DNA from: Dehalococcoidia bacterium
GTDB lineage: Bacteria > Chloroflexota > Dehalococcoidia > Lucifugimonadales > UBA3495
Direction: 5' to 3'
Assembly (NCBI GenBank): GCA_965204865.1
Contig: OZ242027.1
Span: 2,243,986-2,307,985 of the forward strand
Length of the DNA stretch: 64,000 nucleotides
A program made the position numbers and the translations under genes. Below, one piece after another: positions 36,201-45,696 of this stretch. How positions within the stretch are numbered: the stretch's first letter is position 1; each line of letters starts with the position of its first letter. The notes beneath the pieces are model-generated. The model was not told the origin of the DNA, made no database searches, and was given only the letters and a program-made list of their open reading frames with translations.

Positions 36201-37247
36201 TCAGAAATCTAGTCCCAGCAGGTCGTCAAACGTCAGACTGAATCCCTTCGGTATCATACTTGGAATTTGCTTGGATAACCCAGCCTCTTTGGCAGCTTTC
36301 TTAGTTAAAGGCGTAGCCCTAAAACGTATCGGCTGGTCCAAGTAGAATAGCCGTACTTCGCCATGTGCAAAGCCCTCCTTCTTGGCCCGTTTGCGGAGCT
36401 CTGCCAGTCCATGACTCCATCTTTGGCGATGATCATCACTGGGCGGATTCTCAACAATTTGTTGCTTGTGGGCGAGTACGACAATCTCCGTGTCTTTCAC
36501 TCGGCTAATCATTGATATACCGCTGTTCGCGCCTTTTCTGGCGAAATAGGGAGCAAAGTACAAGGGGGCCTTCTTGTCCTTCAAGCTGGTCACGTACATC
36601 CAGCCTTCCTCGAATATCTTTGCGTTGAGAGGATTCACATCCTGGATAAGGATTTCGGCGTCATAGTAGCCCATTCGGTAATCCCTCATGATGTAGCGGA
36701 TGAACTCATCAAATAGGTATCGCGACACCTCGGAGCCATCGGTAGGCCGGTAGTTGAGGGCTAGGTCAACGACTTCGTGCCACTGCACGTTGTTGAATTG
36801 TATCGCCTTTCCGGAGAGTATCGCTCGAACCTCTTCTCTGGCCTCCGCCGATAATTCAACTTGAGTAAGGGAAACTACACCTCGTGTCTTAAATTTCTTC
36901 CATAGATCGCCTTCATCGGTGTACATACGGAGTTGGGCGGTAGTAGGTTCGGCCCCTCCAATCTTGGCCTCTAAGACTATGCGCATTCCGCCGTCTTGGA
37001 TGACAATGTCCCGGCGCCCAAAACCGGGGGCGGTAACTTCTTGCAGGTGGACGGAGTAACTGGAACTGAGTGGGCGGCGAGGGGTAACACGCAGACGCCG
37101 GACTAACTCATCGCAAAAATTGCGGTCGTGGGCCAGCAGGTATCCTAAAGCGTAGGTAAGCGCGTCCTCGTCACTGCCAGCTAAGCGGAATATACTCTGC
37201 ACGGGAGCGGCATCTTCTTCGTGATTCTTGCCGATATACAGTCGCAT
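36201..37247 (-). CDS. PD-(D/E)XK nuclease-fold protein (RecB-like motifs) with uncharacterised C-terminal domain
   Basis: ATG 37247 overlaps upstream stop (TAATG); ..VHLQEV..GRRDIVIQDGGMRIVLEAKIGGAEPTTAQLRMY = E..D..ExK..QxxxY; 45-48% G+C on sampled lines. Confidence 0.6.
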   Translation of the reverse strand: MRLYIGKNHEEDAAPVQSIFRLAGSDEDALTYALGYLLAHDRNFCDELVRRLRVTPRRPLSSSYSVHLQEVTAPGFGRRDIVIQDGGMRIVLEAKIGGAEPTTAQLRMYTDEGDLWKKFKTRGVVSLTQVELSAEAREEVRAILSGKAIQFNNVQWHEVVDLALNYRPTDGSEVSRYLFDEFIRYIMRDYRMGYYDAEILIQDVNPLNAKIFEEGWMYVTSLKDKKAPLYFAPYFARKGANSGISMISRVKDTEIVVLAHKQQIVENPPSDDHRQRWSHGLAELRKRAKKEGFAHGEVRLFYLDQPIRFRATPLTKKAAKEAGLSKQIPSMIPKGFSLTFDDLLGLDF

Positions 37248-37600
37248 TAGACCACTAGCTCCGCCAGTCTGCGAACCAAGCGGCGCACTTGGTGTCGGCC
37301 TCTGGCTATGGCCTGGTCGTCCATGTCGCCCTCGTACATATTGCGATGCAGGCGGTTGGCCCATCCGAACGATTCTATAAGACGGCTATCGCTAAGGTTG
37401 CGGGCCAAGCGCCGGACGACCCGGAACAGGTCATCGTGGCTATTGTTGTCCCATCCGTATTGCCTGGCGATAGACTTGACGGCGTGGGCGGCGGCACACC
37501 ATAGCAGTTCGGAGCGCAGCAACCGGTTCTGCTGCGCGATGGGACTGTCAGCCAAATCGAGGAAGTCCTGCGCCGCTGCGACATGCTCCCGCGGGTTCAT
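37247..37600 (-). CDS. PaREP1/HEPN-like small helical protein
   Basis: ATG 37600 overlaps hyuB stop (TGATG); ..SELLWCAAAHAVKSIARQYGWDNNSHDDLF..WANRLHRNMYEG.. resembles PaREP1 consensus as I recall it; GTG 37621 alternative. Confidence 0.55.
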   Translation of the reverse strand: MNPREHVAAAQDFLDLADSPIAQQNRLLRSELLWCAAAHAVKSIARQYGWDNNSHDDLFRVVRRLARNLSDSRLIESFGWANRLHRNMYEGDMDDQAIARGRHQVRRLVRRLAELVV

Positions 37601-39732
37601 CAGGACGTAAGATAAAGCCACTCAAGATTGTCAATGAAATCCCGGACGGTCCCGCGGGAGTATTCTATTTCGTAGGGTTTCAGATACTCGATTCCGACGT
37701 TTTTCTGGAAGTCCCAGGCAGACCCGAATTCGGAGTGCAGGTCGGGGTCGGGACCGTCATTGCCATCATTGTTGCCACGCTCATCATTCAGACGGCCGGT
37801 CACTTCCCACAAGTCGTTGGGGGTTGTGTGGGCCCAGCCGCGTTGCTTGGCGATGATGGTGGCCAACGACGATGCAGCGTCCCATAGCTTTTGGGAGCCT
37901 AGGCTGACGTTTCCGGCGTCGAAGGCGCTATCCGCCTCCGCGATAAGGGCGCGGGCCGCCTGAAAATCCTCCGCCGTCAGTGCCGGTATTGCCGCCTTGG
38001 CCATTCCCGCCGCCATTTCTCCTCGCAGCGCCTCCGTCGCTGTAACATCCAGTCCGCCCACGTCGTCCACCACCACTCCGTACTCCGCCTTAGCGTACTC
38101 CCGCGTCAGCTTCTCCTGCTGCACGTCCTCCAGGACAGCGTGGGGGTCTCGGCTCAGGGGGTTGCCGTAGCCTCCGGCTCCCGCCTGGATTACACGGTAG
38201 AGGTCGCCCTTCTTGAGAGTCATCAGGTGCTTGCCGGGGAGCTCTTGCTCTTCGAGAGTGCCGGGGTTGAGCCAGTTCTGCGTCGGGGTGCCGGGCTTGC
38301 CGCCGTCGACGCCCCAGGGGCGGAAGTTGGTGCGGTCGGAGCGTAGCTGGAAGGTGGCTTCTTCGGCCAGGACTCGGAACTCCCGGACTATGCCCAAGCC
38401 ACCGCGGTACTGACCCGCGCCGCCGGTGTCAGGAACGAGGCCATAGCGCTCGACGAGCAGGGGCTGATCGGACTCGATGCTCTCGATGGGGGTGTTTGCC
38501 ATATTCAGGACGGGGGAGGCCAGGCCGTCGGCGCCGTCTATGTTGGGGCCGCCGCCGCGGGGGCCGTCGTTGTTGAATTCGAGGTAGACCCAGGCCTTGC
38601 GGTTGGGGTAGTAGCCGCCGAAGGAGAGGCCGATTTCGCCGCCGCCCCAGGCTGCCGGTACGCGGCCGGGCAGGGCCTGGGCCATGGCGCCGAACATCGC
38701 CTGGCAGATGCGGAAGCCGGCCAGGCCGCGGGCGGCCACGGGTGCCGGGTGCTGCGGGTTGACGAAGCAACCCTCGGGTGCGGTGATGTTGAAGGGGCGG
38801 AAGAAGCCGCTGTTGGACTGGATGGCCGGGTCTATCAGGCACTTCATCACAGCGTAGACGTTGGACTTGGTGTAGGCGAAGTTGGGGTTGATGCTGCCTT
38901 TGGCCTGGGGCGAAGTGCCGTCGAAGTCTACGAAGACCTCGTCGCCGTCAATCTTCACGTTGACGTGAATGTCTATGGATTGGGGGTCTATGCCGTCGTT
39001 GTCTATGTGGTCAACAAAGTTCCACTCTCCCTGCGGGAGGGAGGAAATCTCGGCGCGGGTCAGGGCCTCGGTGGTGTCGAGGATGTCGGCCATGTAGCTC
39101 TTCATCTCTTCGAGGCCGTATTCGTCCACCAGCCGCAGCAGGTCGCGCTCACCGAAGCGGACGGCGGCGAGGAGGGCCTGAACGTCGCCCAGCACTTTCT
39201 CGGGGACTCGGACATTCTTCTCGAGGATGCGCCAGACAGCCCGGTTCAGCTCGCCTTCCTCGTAGAGCTTGAGGGGCGGGAGAATCAAGCCCTCCTGGTA
39301 AATCTCGGTGTTGTCGCAGGCGTTGCCGCCGGCGACGCGCCCGCCGATGTCGGTCTGGTGTCCAATGCAGCAACTCCAGCCGATGAGGACGTCGTTCACG
39401 AAGATGGGCTTGAAGAGGAAGATGTCGGGCAGGTGGCTGGCACCCTCGTAGGGGTCGTTGTTGGCGAAGATGTCGCCAGGACGGACGTCGTCACCAAAGG
39501 CGTTCATTACGCCTTCTAGGGCCGGGGCCATGCTGCCGAGGTGGGGCGGGAGGGTGAGCCCCTGGGCCACCTGCTGGCCCTCGGCGTTGAACAGCGCGGT
39601 GGAGAAGTCCATGCCGTGCTTGATGACCGCCGAGCGGGCGGTGCGCACCACGGTGAGGGCCATGGTATCGGCGGCGCTCATCAGGGCATTCTTGATGATT
39701 TCGCGGGTTACAGGGTCGGTAGTTTGCAGCAT
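37600..39732 (-). CDS. hyuB: hydantoinase B/oxoprolinase-family protein with about 138-aa C-terminal PaREP1/HEPN-like extension
   Basis: ATG 39732 with GAGGAG SD; HyuB core to ..GGYGNPLSRDPHAVLEDV..; tail ..SQKLWDAASSLATIIAKQRGWAHTTPNDLW.. homologous to next gene. Confidence 0.8.
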   Translation of the reverse strand: MLQTTDPVTREIIKNALMSAADTMALTVVRTARSAVIKHGMDFSTALFNAEGQQVAQGLTLPPHLGSMAPALEGVMNAFGDDVRPGDIFANNDPYEGASHLPDIFLFKPIFVNDVLIGWSCCIGHQTDIGGRVAGGNACDNTEIYQEGLILPPLKLYEEGELNRAVWRILEKNVRVPEKVLGDVQALLAAVRFGERDLLRLVDEYGLEEMKSYMADILDTTEALTRAEISSLPQGEWNFVDHIDNDGIDPQSIDIHVNVKIDGDEVFVDFDGTSPQAKGSINPNFAYTKSNVYAVMKCLIDPAIQSNSGFFRPFNITAPEGCFVNPQHPAPVAARGLAGFRICQAMFGAMAQALPGRVPAAWGGGEIGLSFGGYYPNRKAWVYLEFNNDGPRGGGPNIDGADGLASPVLNMANTPIESIESDQPLLVERYGLVPDTGGAGQYRGGLGIVREFRVLAEEATFQLRSDRTNFRPWGVDGGKPGTPTQNWLNPGTLEEQELPGKHLMTLKKGDLYRVIQAGAGGYGNPLSRDPHAVLEDVQQEKLTREYAKAEYGVVVDDVGGLDVTATEALRGEMAAGMAKAAIPALTAEDFQAARALIAEADSAFDAGNVSLGSQKLWDAASSLATIIAKQRGWAHTTPNDLWEVTGRLNDERGNNDGNDGPDPDLHSEFGSAWDFQKNVGIEYLKPYEIEYSRGTVRDFIDNLEWLYLTS

Positions 39733-39870
39733 GGGATTCTCCTCGGCATGGGGTTCAAAAGCGAGTTGGAAGCATAGTGCCATAGTGGTGGATGGTGGCG
39801 CAAGCGCAAGGGAGACGCCGCGCACCGGCAGCGTTCCGAATCATGTGGTGCAATCAACAGGCTACAGGGG

Positions 39871-39899
39871 CTTGGATTCCCGCCTTCGCGGGAATGACG
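39871..39899. repeat. REP-B palindrome copy
   Basis: cttggATTCCCGCcttcGCGGGAATgacgg; 1 mismatch over 27 nt to the copy inside otsB; spacer MFS/hyuB. Confidence 0.85.
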
Positions 39900-39987
39900 G
39901 ATCAGAAACTGCAAAACCACCTAAATTGGAACGCTACCGTCTCGCACCACCGGGGCTTGCAACGTCTGAGGTACATTCGGGCGGGAG

Positions 39988-41253
39988 CTATTCCGATTCG
40001 ACTGTTGCGCCGGGACGGGTGAAAAACAATACGGGCAGCGACAGTACAGGAAGGGCCATCATCGCCATCATGCCGAGGGTATAAGTCCCGGTCAGGTCCT
40101 GGAACATCGCCAAGGGAAGGGGGCCTACGGCCGAGGCGCAGACGGAGAGGGTCATGGCAGGGCCTTGCACTCGGCCCAATCCGTGACGGCCGTAGTAGTA
40201 GGCCCAGATGGTGCTGTGGACGATGATGTAGGACCCGCTGGAGACTCCCATCATCACAATGTAGGCCACCGCCACGTACAGCGAGTTGATTAACACGCCC
40301 AGTGCCAGGGTAGCCACCAAGGTTGCCATTGAGAAGACAAGGAGGGACTTGGGGCCGATGCGGTCCGACACGAAGCCGGCCACGAGGGAGCTGGCGGCGG
40401 ATGAGACGGAGAAAACCGCGAAGGCCCCCGCCGCCAGGGTGGCGCTGAGGCCATTTTCCTGAAAGATGGATGCCTGGTGGAACATCAGCGCTGTGGTAAT
40501 CAGGCTCGGCGAGCTCAACGATAACGCCAGCAGCCAGAAGCTGGGGGAGCTGTAGACCCGGATGTTTCTGCGAACTCCGGCAGTCGCCTGCCTGATCTCC
40601 GAGGCGGGCGGCTGGGACGAGCCGTCGGGGAACAGGCCGACGTCTTCGGGCCGGTTTCTGACGACAAGAAGCGCCACCGGAACAATCAGCCCAACGGCCA
40701 CCACGCCAAGCACCGCGTAGGCGCCACGCCAGTCAATGCTGTCAATCAGGAACCTGGCGAAGGACGGGAAAAGGGCCGTCGAGAGCATTGATCCCAGAGT
40801 CATCAAGCCGACGGCCCGTCCCCGCTTGGAAACGAACCACTGGTTCACCAGTAGTATGCAGTTGATGCTCAACGAGCCTTGGCCGAGGGCACGCAAAGCG
40901 GAAAAGGCCAGGTAGAAGAGGAGAATGTGGGTGGCGGCGGCCATGCCGAAGCAGGCTGCGCCCAAGCCGAGTCCGGCGGCTACCAGCATTAGTCTCGGCC
41001 CGTAACGGTCGGCAAGGCGGCTCACGAAGGTTACCAGAATGGCGCTCAATATGGTGCTGGCCAGGTAGAGCACCGAAATTCCGGTGCGGGACAGCCCGGT
41101 ATCCTCGATTATGGAATCAATGAAAACCGCGAAAACGTAGGATTGGCCCGGTCCGGAGCTGAATACGACCAGGCCTGCCGCAGCGACGATGAGCCATCCA
41201 TAGAAAATGCGGCGGACAGGCTTGGGGGAGACGCTATTTGGAGTGCTTATCAT
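39988..41253 (-). CDS. MFS transporter
   Basis: 421 aa, about 12 hydrophobic segments, RLADRYGPR loop motif. Confidence 0.85.
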   Translation of the reverse strand: MISTPNSVSPKPVRRIFYGWLIVAAAGLVVFSSGPGQSYVFAVFIDSIIEDTGLSRTGISVLYLASTILSAILVTFVSRLADRYGPRLMLVAAGLGLGAACFGMAAATHILLFYLAFSALRALGQGSLSINCILLVNQWFVSKRGRAVGLMTLGSMLSTALFPSFARFLIDSIDWRGAYAVLGVVAVGLIVPVALLVVRNRPEDVGLFPDGSSQPPASEIRQATAGVRRNIRVYSSPSFWLLALSLSSPSLITTALMFHQASIFQENGLSATLAAGAFAVFSVSSAASSLVAGFVSDRIGPKSLLVFSMATLVATLALGVLINSLYVAVAYIVMMGVSSGSYIIVHSTIWAYYYGRHGLGRVQGPAMTLSVCASAVGPLPLAMFQDLTGTYTLGMMAMMALPVLSLPVLFFTRPGATVESE

Positions 41254-41349
41254 ATTTCCTTTAATGACGGCAATAGGTCTGTTAAAAGAAACGTTCTTGC
41301 CTTAATCAGACCTTGCGGCTAAGAGCAAGGAGCTAAGAGGCCACCGCAA

Positions 41350-41358
41350 TGATACAAT
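41350..41358 (+). promoter_or_regulatory. extended -10 promoter candidate
   Basis: TGaTACAAT 38 nt upstream of ATG 41396; no good -35. Confidence 0.3.
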
Positions 41359-41395
41359 CAGCATGACAATACCATCTCGCTTATGAGGGTTAGGA

Positions 41396-43063
41396 ATGAG
41401 CATTGACGTTGCAACAGCCATTGCCCGCATCCTGAAGCAGGAGGGCATTGAGTGGGTATCGACCTTTCCGGTGTGCCGGGTGAACAACGCGCTGGGCCGC
41501 GAGGGCGTGCCGATGATAATGATGCGCGACGACCGTTACGCGGTGGCGCTGGCCGACGCCTACTCGCGGGTGACCGCCGGCCAGCGCATCGGGGTATGCA
41601 CGGTGCAGGGCGGAGTGAACGGCGCGGGCTTGCAGTATTCATACCCAGGGTTGGCGCAGGCGTTTGAGGACAACTCGCCGATGCTGATGATTACCGACGG
41701 CATACCGGCAGGCAGCAGCGAGAACACGCAGTTTGATGTGACCACGAGCCTGAAGACCGTTTCCAAGTGGTTCGGGTACATTGACCGGCCGGAGCGGGTG
41801 CCTGAGTTTATGCGGCGGGCCTTTTCCATGCTGCGCAGCGGTCGGCCCGGGCCAGTTGTGTTGGCGGTGCCCAACGCGACGGCCACCTTCGACGAGACCG
41901 CCGACCCGTACTTCCCGCCCAAGTCGTACAAGGCGTTGCCCAATCCCGATGACGTGAACGAAGCGGTGGACCTGCTGCTGAACGCCAAGAACCCGCTCAT
42001 CTACGCGGGCGAGGGTGTCATTTACGCCGGAGCCTCGGCAGAGCTGAAGTCCTTCGCGGAGGCCCTGAACGCGCCGGTAATCACTACGCTGAAGGCCAAG
42101 GGGGCTTTCCCGGAGAACCACCCGCTGTTCGTGGGCGTGCGGGGCGACAGTCCCGCCGAGTTCCTGGAAAAGAGCGACGTGATACTGGCGGTGGGGTCAA
42201 GCTTGTCGCCGGGCCGGTTCACGCATGGCATCCCGAACCCGGCCAGCAAGACCATCATACAGTGCAACCTGGACGAGTTCCACATCAACCGCATCTTTCC
42301 CACGCGCCATGCGGTGCTGGGGGACGCCAGGTTTACGCTGCGGGCGCTGGCCGACGGAATATCTGAGCGCACCGGTGGGGCCGCCCAGGACGGCGACGGC
42401 GTTGCGGCCGCCATCAAGGCGTCGCGGGATGCCGCGCTGGTCAAGTACCAGGAAGCGATGGCGTCGGACGAGACGCCGATCAATCCTTACCGGTTGTTCG
42501 GCGACATGATGAAGGCGCTGGACCCGATGAACTCGTTTGTGACCCACGACTCCGGCAACACGCGGGACCAGCTCAGCACAGTGTACGACACGCTGATTCC
42601 CCGGGGATTCCTGGGCTGGGGTAACATCTCAACGCTGGGCTTCGGATTGGCCGGGGCGATGGCCGCGAAGCTGGCGTACCCGGAGCGTCAGTGCGTAGCC
42701 GTGACCGGCGACGCCGGGGTGGGGTATATGCTGGGAAACTTGGAAGTGCCGGTGCGGCAGAAGATTGGGATTACGGTGGCGCATGTCAGCAACGGCGGCT
42801 TCGCGGGATACGGCCCCGGCTTCTGGGGCGAGGGCCATGACCCGTTCACGCACCGGGTGATGGGGCCGGAGGATGTGGATATGTCGCGGGTGGCCGCTGA
42901 GCTGGGCCTGTACGCCGAGCGGGTGACTGCGCCGTCTGAGATTGTCGACGCGCTCAAGCGGGCGCAGGCGGCTAACGACAACGGACAGCCGGCTTACATC
43001 GAGTTCGTGTGCTGCCAATACCCGGTGTACGGAGGCTGGGTGCCGGGGCCGATAGCGCATTAG
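41396..43063 (+). CDS. thiamine-diphosphate-dependent enzyme (acetolactate synthase large-subunit-like family)
   Basis: 555 aa; TPP motif GDAGVGYMLGNLE...NGGF; substrate not assignable. Confidence 0.8.
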   Translation: MSIDVATAIARILKQEGIEWVSTFPVCRVNNALGREGVPMIMMRDDRYAVALADAYSRVTAGQRIGVCTVQGGVNGAGLQYSYPGLAQAFEDNSPMLMITDGIPAGSSENTQFDVTTSLKTVSKWFGYIDRPERVPEFMRRAFSMLRSGRPGPVVLAVPNATATFDETADPYFPPKSYKALPNPDDVNEAVDLLLNAKNPLIYAGEGVIYAGASAELKSFAEALNAPVITTLKAKGAFPENHPLFVGVRGDSPAEFLEKSDVILAVGSSLSPGRFTHGIPNPASKTIIQCNLDEFHINRIFPTRHAVLGDARFTLRALADGISERTGGAAQDGDGVAAAIKASRDAALVKYQEAMASDETPINPYRLFGDMMKALDPMNSFVTHDSGNTRDQLSTVYDTLIPRGFLGWGNISTLGFGLAGAMAAKLAYPERQCVAVTGDAGVGYMLGNLEVPVRQKIGITVAHVSNGGFAGYGPGFWGEGHDPFTHRVMGPEDVDMSRVAAELGLYAERVTAPSEIVDALKRAQAANDNGQPAYIEFVCCQYPVYGGWVPGPIAH

Positions 43064-43090
43064 GCGATACTGATTGACTCTAACGGGAAT

Positions 43091-43129
43091 TTCACCCTCA
43101 CCCCAACCCCTCCCTTGAGGGAGAGGAAG
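43091..43129 (+). repeat. REP-A copy
   Basis: ttCACCCTCACCCCAACCCCTCCCttgaGGGAGAGGaag. Confidence 0.8.
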
Positions 43130-43143
43130 AACCGGAGGAAAGT

Positions 43144-44025
43144 ATGGCTGACCTGAACCCGGAACAGTGGAGCCATTACACGACGCGAATCAAAGGGATC
43201 AACATTCATTACGTGCTGGAAGGCGAGGGCGACCCGGTGCTCTTTCTGCACGGGTGGCCGGAGTTCTGGTACTCGTGGCGGAACCAAATTAACGCATTTT
43301 CGGGGCAGTACCAGGTCATCGTGCCCGATATGCGCGGGTTCGGACATTCGGACAAGCCGTTCTACGGATACGACACCAAGACGGCAGCATCCGATATGTA
43401 CGAGCTGGTCCGGCAGCTCGGACACGAGAGCGTGAACATCGTGTCGCACGACATCGGGGCGCGAGTAGGCTTTCGGTTCGCGCTGGACCACCAGGAATCA
43501 GTGCGGAAGATAGCCTTCCTCGACGCCACGCCACCTTATGAGCAGCTAGGGCCGCAGGCTCCGGCAGTGGTGCGAGAGCGGTGGCACTCCTACTTTCACC
43601 AGCAGTTCGACCTGCCGGAGAAGCTGCTGGAAGGGCGGGAGGAAATCTACCTGCGCCACATCCTGCGGGATTGGTGCATCAACAAGTACCCGCTGACGCA
43701 GGGAGTAATAGACGAATACGTCAAGGTCTACTCGGCACCCGGTGGACTGCGTGGCGGCTTTAACTACTACCGCGCCGCCGCCTACCTGGACCCGGCGGAC
43801 TGGCGGGTCGACGAGGGGCGCACGCTGTCGGTGCCTGCGCTGTTCCTGTATGGGACTCGGCGGGTGCGTACCGCGGAGGAGATGGGCGCGGGGCCGCTGG
43901 ATGACGCCTGGCGGGGCGTGATTCCCAATGTGCAGGCGAAGCATCTAGGCGACTACGGCCACTTCCTGCAATGGGAGTGTCCGGAGGACGTGAACCGGGA
44001 ACTGGCGGCGTTCCTGGCGAGCTAG
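43144..44025 (+). CDS. alpha/beta hydrolase, epoxide-hydrolase-like
   Basis: HGWPEFWYSWRNQ motif, nucleophile VSHDIGA, C-terminal GHFLQWE. Confidence 0.85.
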   Translation: MADLNPEQWSHYTTRIKGINIHYVLEGEGDPVLFLHGWPEFWYSWRNQINAFSGQYQVIVPDMRGFGHSDKPFYGYDTKTAASDMYELVRQLGHESVNIVSHDIGARVGFRFALDHQESVRKIAFLDATPPYEQLGPQAPAVVRERWHSYFHQQFDLPEKLLEGREEIYLRHILRDWCINKYPLTQGVIDEYVKVYSAPGGLRGGFNYYRAAAYLDPADWRVDEGRTLSVPALFLYGTRRVRTAEEMGAGPLDDAWRGVIPNVQAKHLGDYGHFLQWECPEDVNRELAAFLAS

Positions 44026-44028
44026 ACC

Positions 44029-44076
44029 AATTCCCTCTCCCTCTGGGAGAGGGAGAGGGTTAGGGTGAGGGCGTAC
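44029..44076 (-). repeat. REP-A copy (extra GGGAGA unit)
   Basis: aattCCCTCTCCCtctGGGAGAGGGAGAGGGTTAGGGTGAGGGcgtac. Confidence 0.9.
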
Positions 44077-44112
44077 CCCCACCGCAAACATAAAACAACG
44101 GGAGGAACCCGA

Positions 44113-44928
44113 ATGGCAACATCGGAGGAACTCGCCGCGCTGGTGAGGTCGGAATCGGCGAGACTGCTGGAATACTTCAAGGGACTGTCGCCGTCGGACT
44201 GGGAGACTCAGAGCGCGTGCGATGCATGGACCAACGCCGACGTGGTGGCCCACATGGTCATGGCCGTGGATATGTTCTCCATGAACATCGAGCGGGGGGC
44301 GGGCGGAGACTCGTCACCGCCGGAGGGCATGGGGCCGCCACAGGAGACGGACCTGGCGGCTAGGATGGCGGCCAATGCGACGCGGGCGGTGGCGATGCGG
44401 GAAAACCTCGGCGATTCGCTGGTGGACTCCTTCGCGGAAAACTGTGAGCGGCTGGGGGCGCTTCTGGCCCAGATGGGGCCGGAGGATTGGGATAAGCCCT
44501 GCTATCATCCCGCCGCGATGCTGACGGTCAGCAGGTATATGAACCTGCGGCTGGCAGAGATGTCAGTCCATGAGTGGGACATACGCTCACGGCTGGAGCC
44601 GTCGGCCAAGCTGCCCGACGCCGTGGTGCCGGCGGTCATCGAGTTGCTGCCGGGGTTCGTGGTGGGGCGGCTGTTCCAGCCGGGGGCGGGCATTGCCCAG
44701 CCGTCGCGGTTCCGGTTCAGCCTGACGGAAGGCGGGGCCTACGACATCGTGGCCGGGGACGGCGAACTGCGGATGGAGCCAAGCACCAGTGGCGCTGCCG
44801 ACGTTACGTTCACCTGCGACGGGTCCACCTTTGCTCTGCTGGCCTACGGGCGGTTCACGGTGGAGGATGCGGTGAGTACGGGAGACATCACGGTCGAGGG
44901 GAACCGGGAACTGGCCGCGCAGTTTTAG
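44113..44928 (+). CDS. DinB/mycothiol-maleylpyruvate-isomerase-N-terminal-like protein (TIGR03083-type)
   Basis: GGGAGG SD; ..SPSDWETQSACDAWTNADVVAHMV.. pattern. Confidence 0.7.
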   Translation: MATSEELAALVRSESARLLEYFKGLSPSDWETQSACDAWTNADVVAHMVMAVDMFSMNIERGAGGDSSPPEGMGPPQETDLAARMAANATRAVAMRENLGDSLVDSFAENCERLGALLAQMGPEDWDKPCYHPAAMLTVSRYMNLRLAEMSVHEWDIRSRLEPSAKLPDAVVPAVIELLPGFVVGRLFQPGAGIAQPSRFRFSLTEGGAYDIVAGDGELRMEPSTSGAADVTFTCDGSTFALLAYGRFTVEDAVSTGDITVEGNRELAAQF

Positions 44929-44931
44929 GGT

Positions 44932-44971
44932 GACGCCCTCACCCTAACCCTCTCCCTCTGGGAGAGGGGAC
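44932..44971 (+). repeat. REP-A copy (consensus)
   Basis: GACGCCCTCACCCTAACCCTCTCCCtctGGGAGAGGGgac. Confidence 0.9.
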
Positions 44972-44992
44972 TACTAAAGAGGAGATGATTCG

Positions 44993-45691
44993 ATGAAGCT
45001 GTTGGTGATGTCCGGTGGCAGGCACCCTTACGAAGAATCCACGCCCATCCTGGAAGGTTTCCTCAAGGGGGCCGGGCATGATGTTACGGTCACGGAAGAT
45101 GCGTCGATACTGGCCGACGCATCTGGGATAGCCGCGTACGATGCGCTGGTGTTCAACACGCGGCGGGAGAATTTGCCCGACTTCGGCGACTGGGAGATGG
45201 AGGCCACCGAGAAAGAAGGGCTGAAGAGCTACATCAAGTCCGGCAAGGGTTTCGTGTGCATTCACATCGCTTGCTGCGTGCCAACCGGATGGTCTGAATT
45301 CGACGAAATCACCGGCGGGGGCTGGGTTACGGGAACCAGCTATCACCCTCCATACGGCGAGATGAAGGTGAACATCAGCAACACAGCCCACGTTGGAGCG
45401 ACGGGAGTGTCTGACTTCCTCACCAACGACGAGTTGTACATGAACACGACCTTCAAAGAAGAGGGTAACGAAGTGTTCCTGACGGGGGATGCCGAGGAAG
45501 GTACGTGGCCGTGGGGGCCGGACCGGGCGCCCACGTTCATGCCGGGAGGCACCTACCCGCTGGGGTGGACGCGCAGCTACGGCGACGGCAAGGTATTCGT
45601 GCTGCTGCTGGGCCACGACGGGCGTAGCTTCGAGACGCCGGAGTTCCAGCAGATAGTGCTGAACGGCGTGGCGTGGGCTGGGACAGCTTAG
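44993..45691 (+). CDS. ThuA-domain protein
   Basis: 232 aa; MKLLVMSGGRHPYE.., GFVCIHIA.., GWTRSYGDGKVFVLLLGHD pattern. Confidence 0.75.
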   Translation: MKLLVMSGGRHPYEESTPILEGFLKGAGHDVTVTEDASILADASGIAAYDALVFNTRRENLPDFGDWEMEATEKEGLKSYIKSGKGFVCIHIACCVPTGWSEFDEITGGGWVTGTSYHPPYGEMKVNISNTAHVGATGVSDFLTNDELYMNTTFKEEGNEVFLTGDAEEGTWPWGPDRAPTFMPGGTYPLGWTRSYGDGKVFVLLLGHDGRSFETPEFQQIVLNGVAWAGTA

Positions 45692-45696
45692 TTTCA

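Noticed and set aside
39733-39825. 31-aa N-terminal extension of hyuB in the track ORF
   Set aside because: The internal ATG 39732 has a GAGGAG Shine-Dalgarno sequence, and the family-typical N-terminus (MLQTTDPVTREIIKNAL) begins there.
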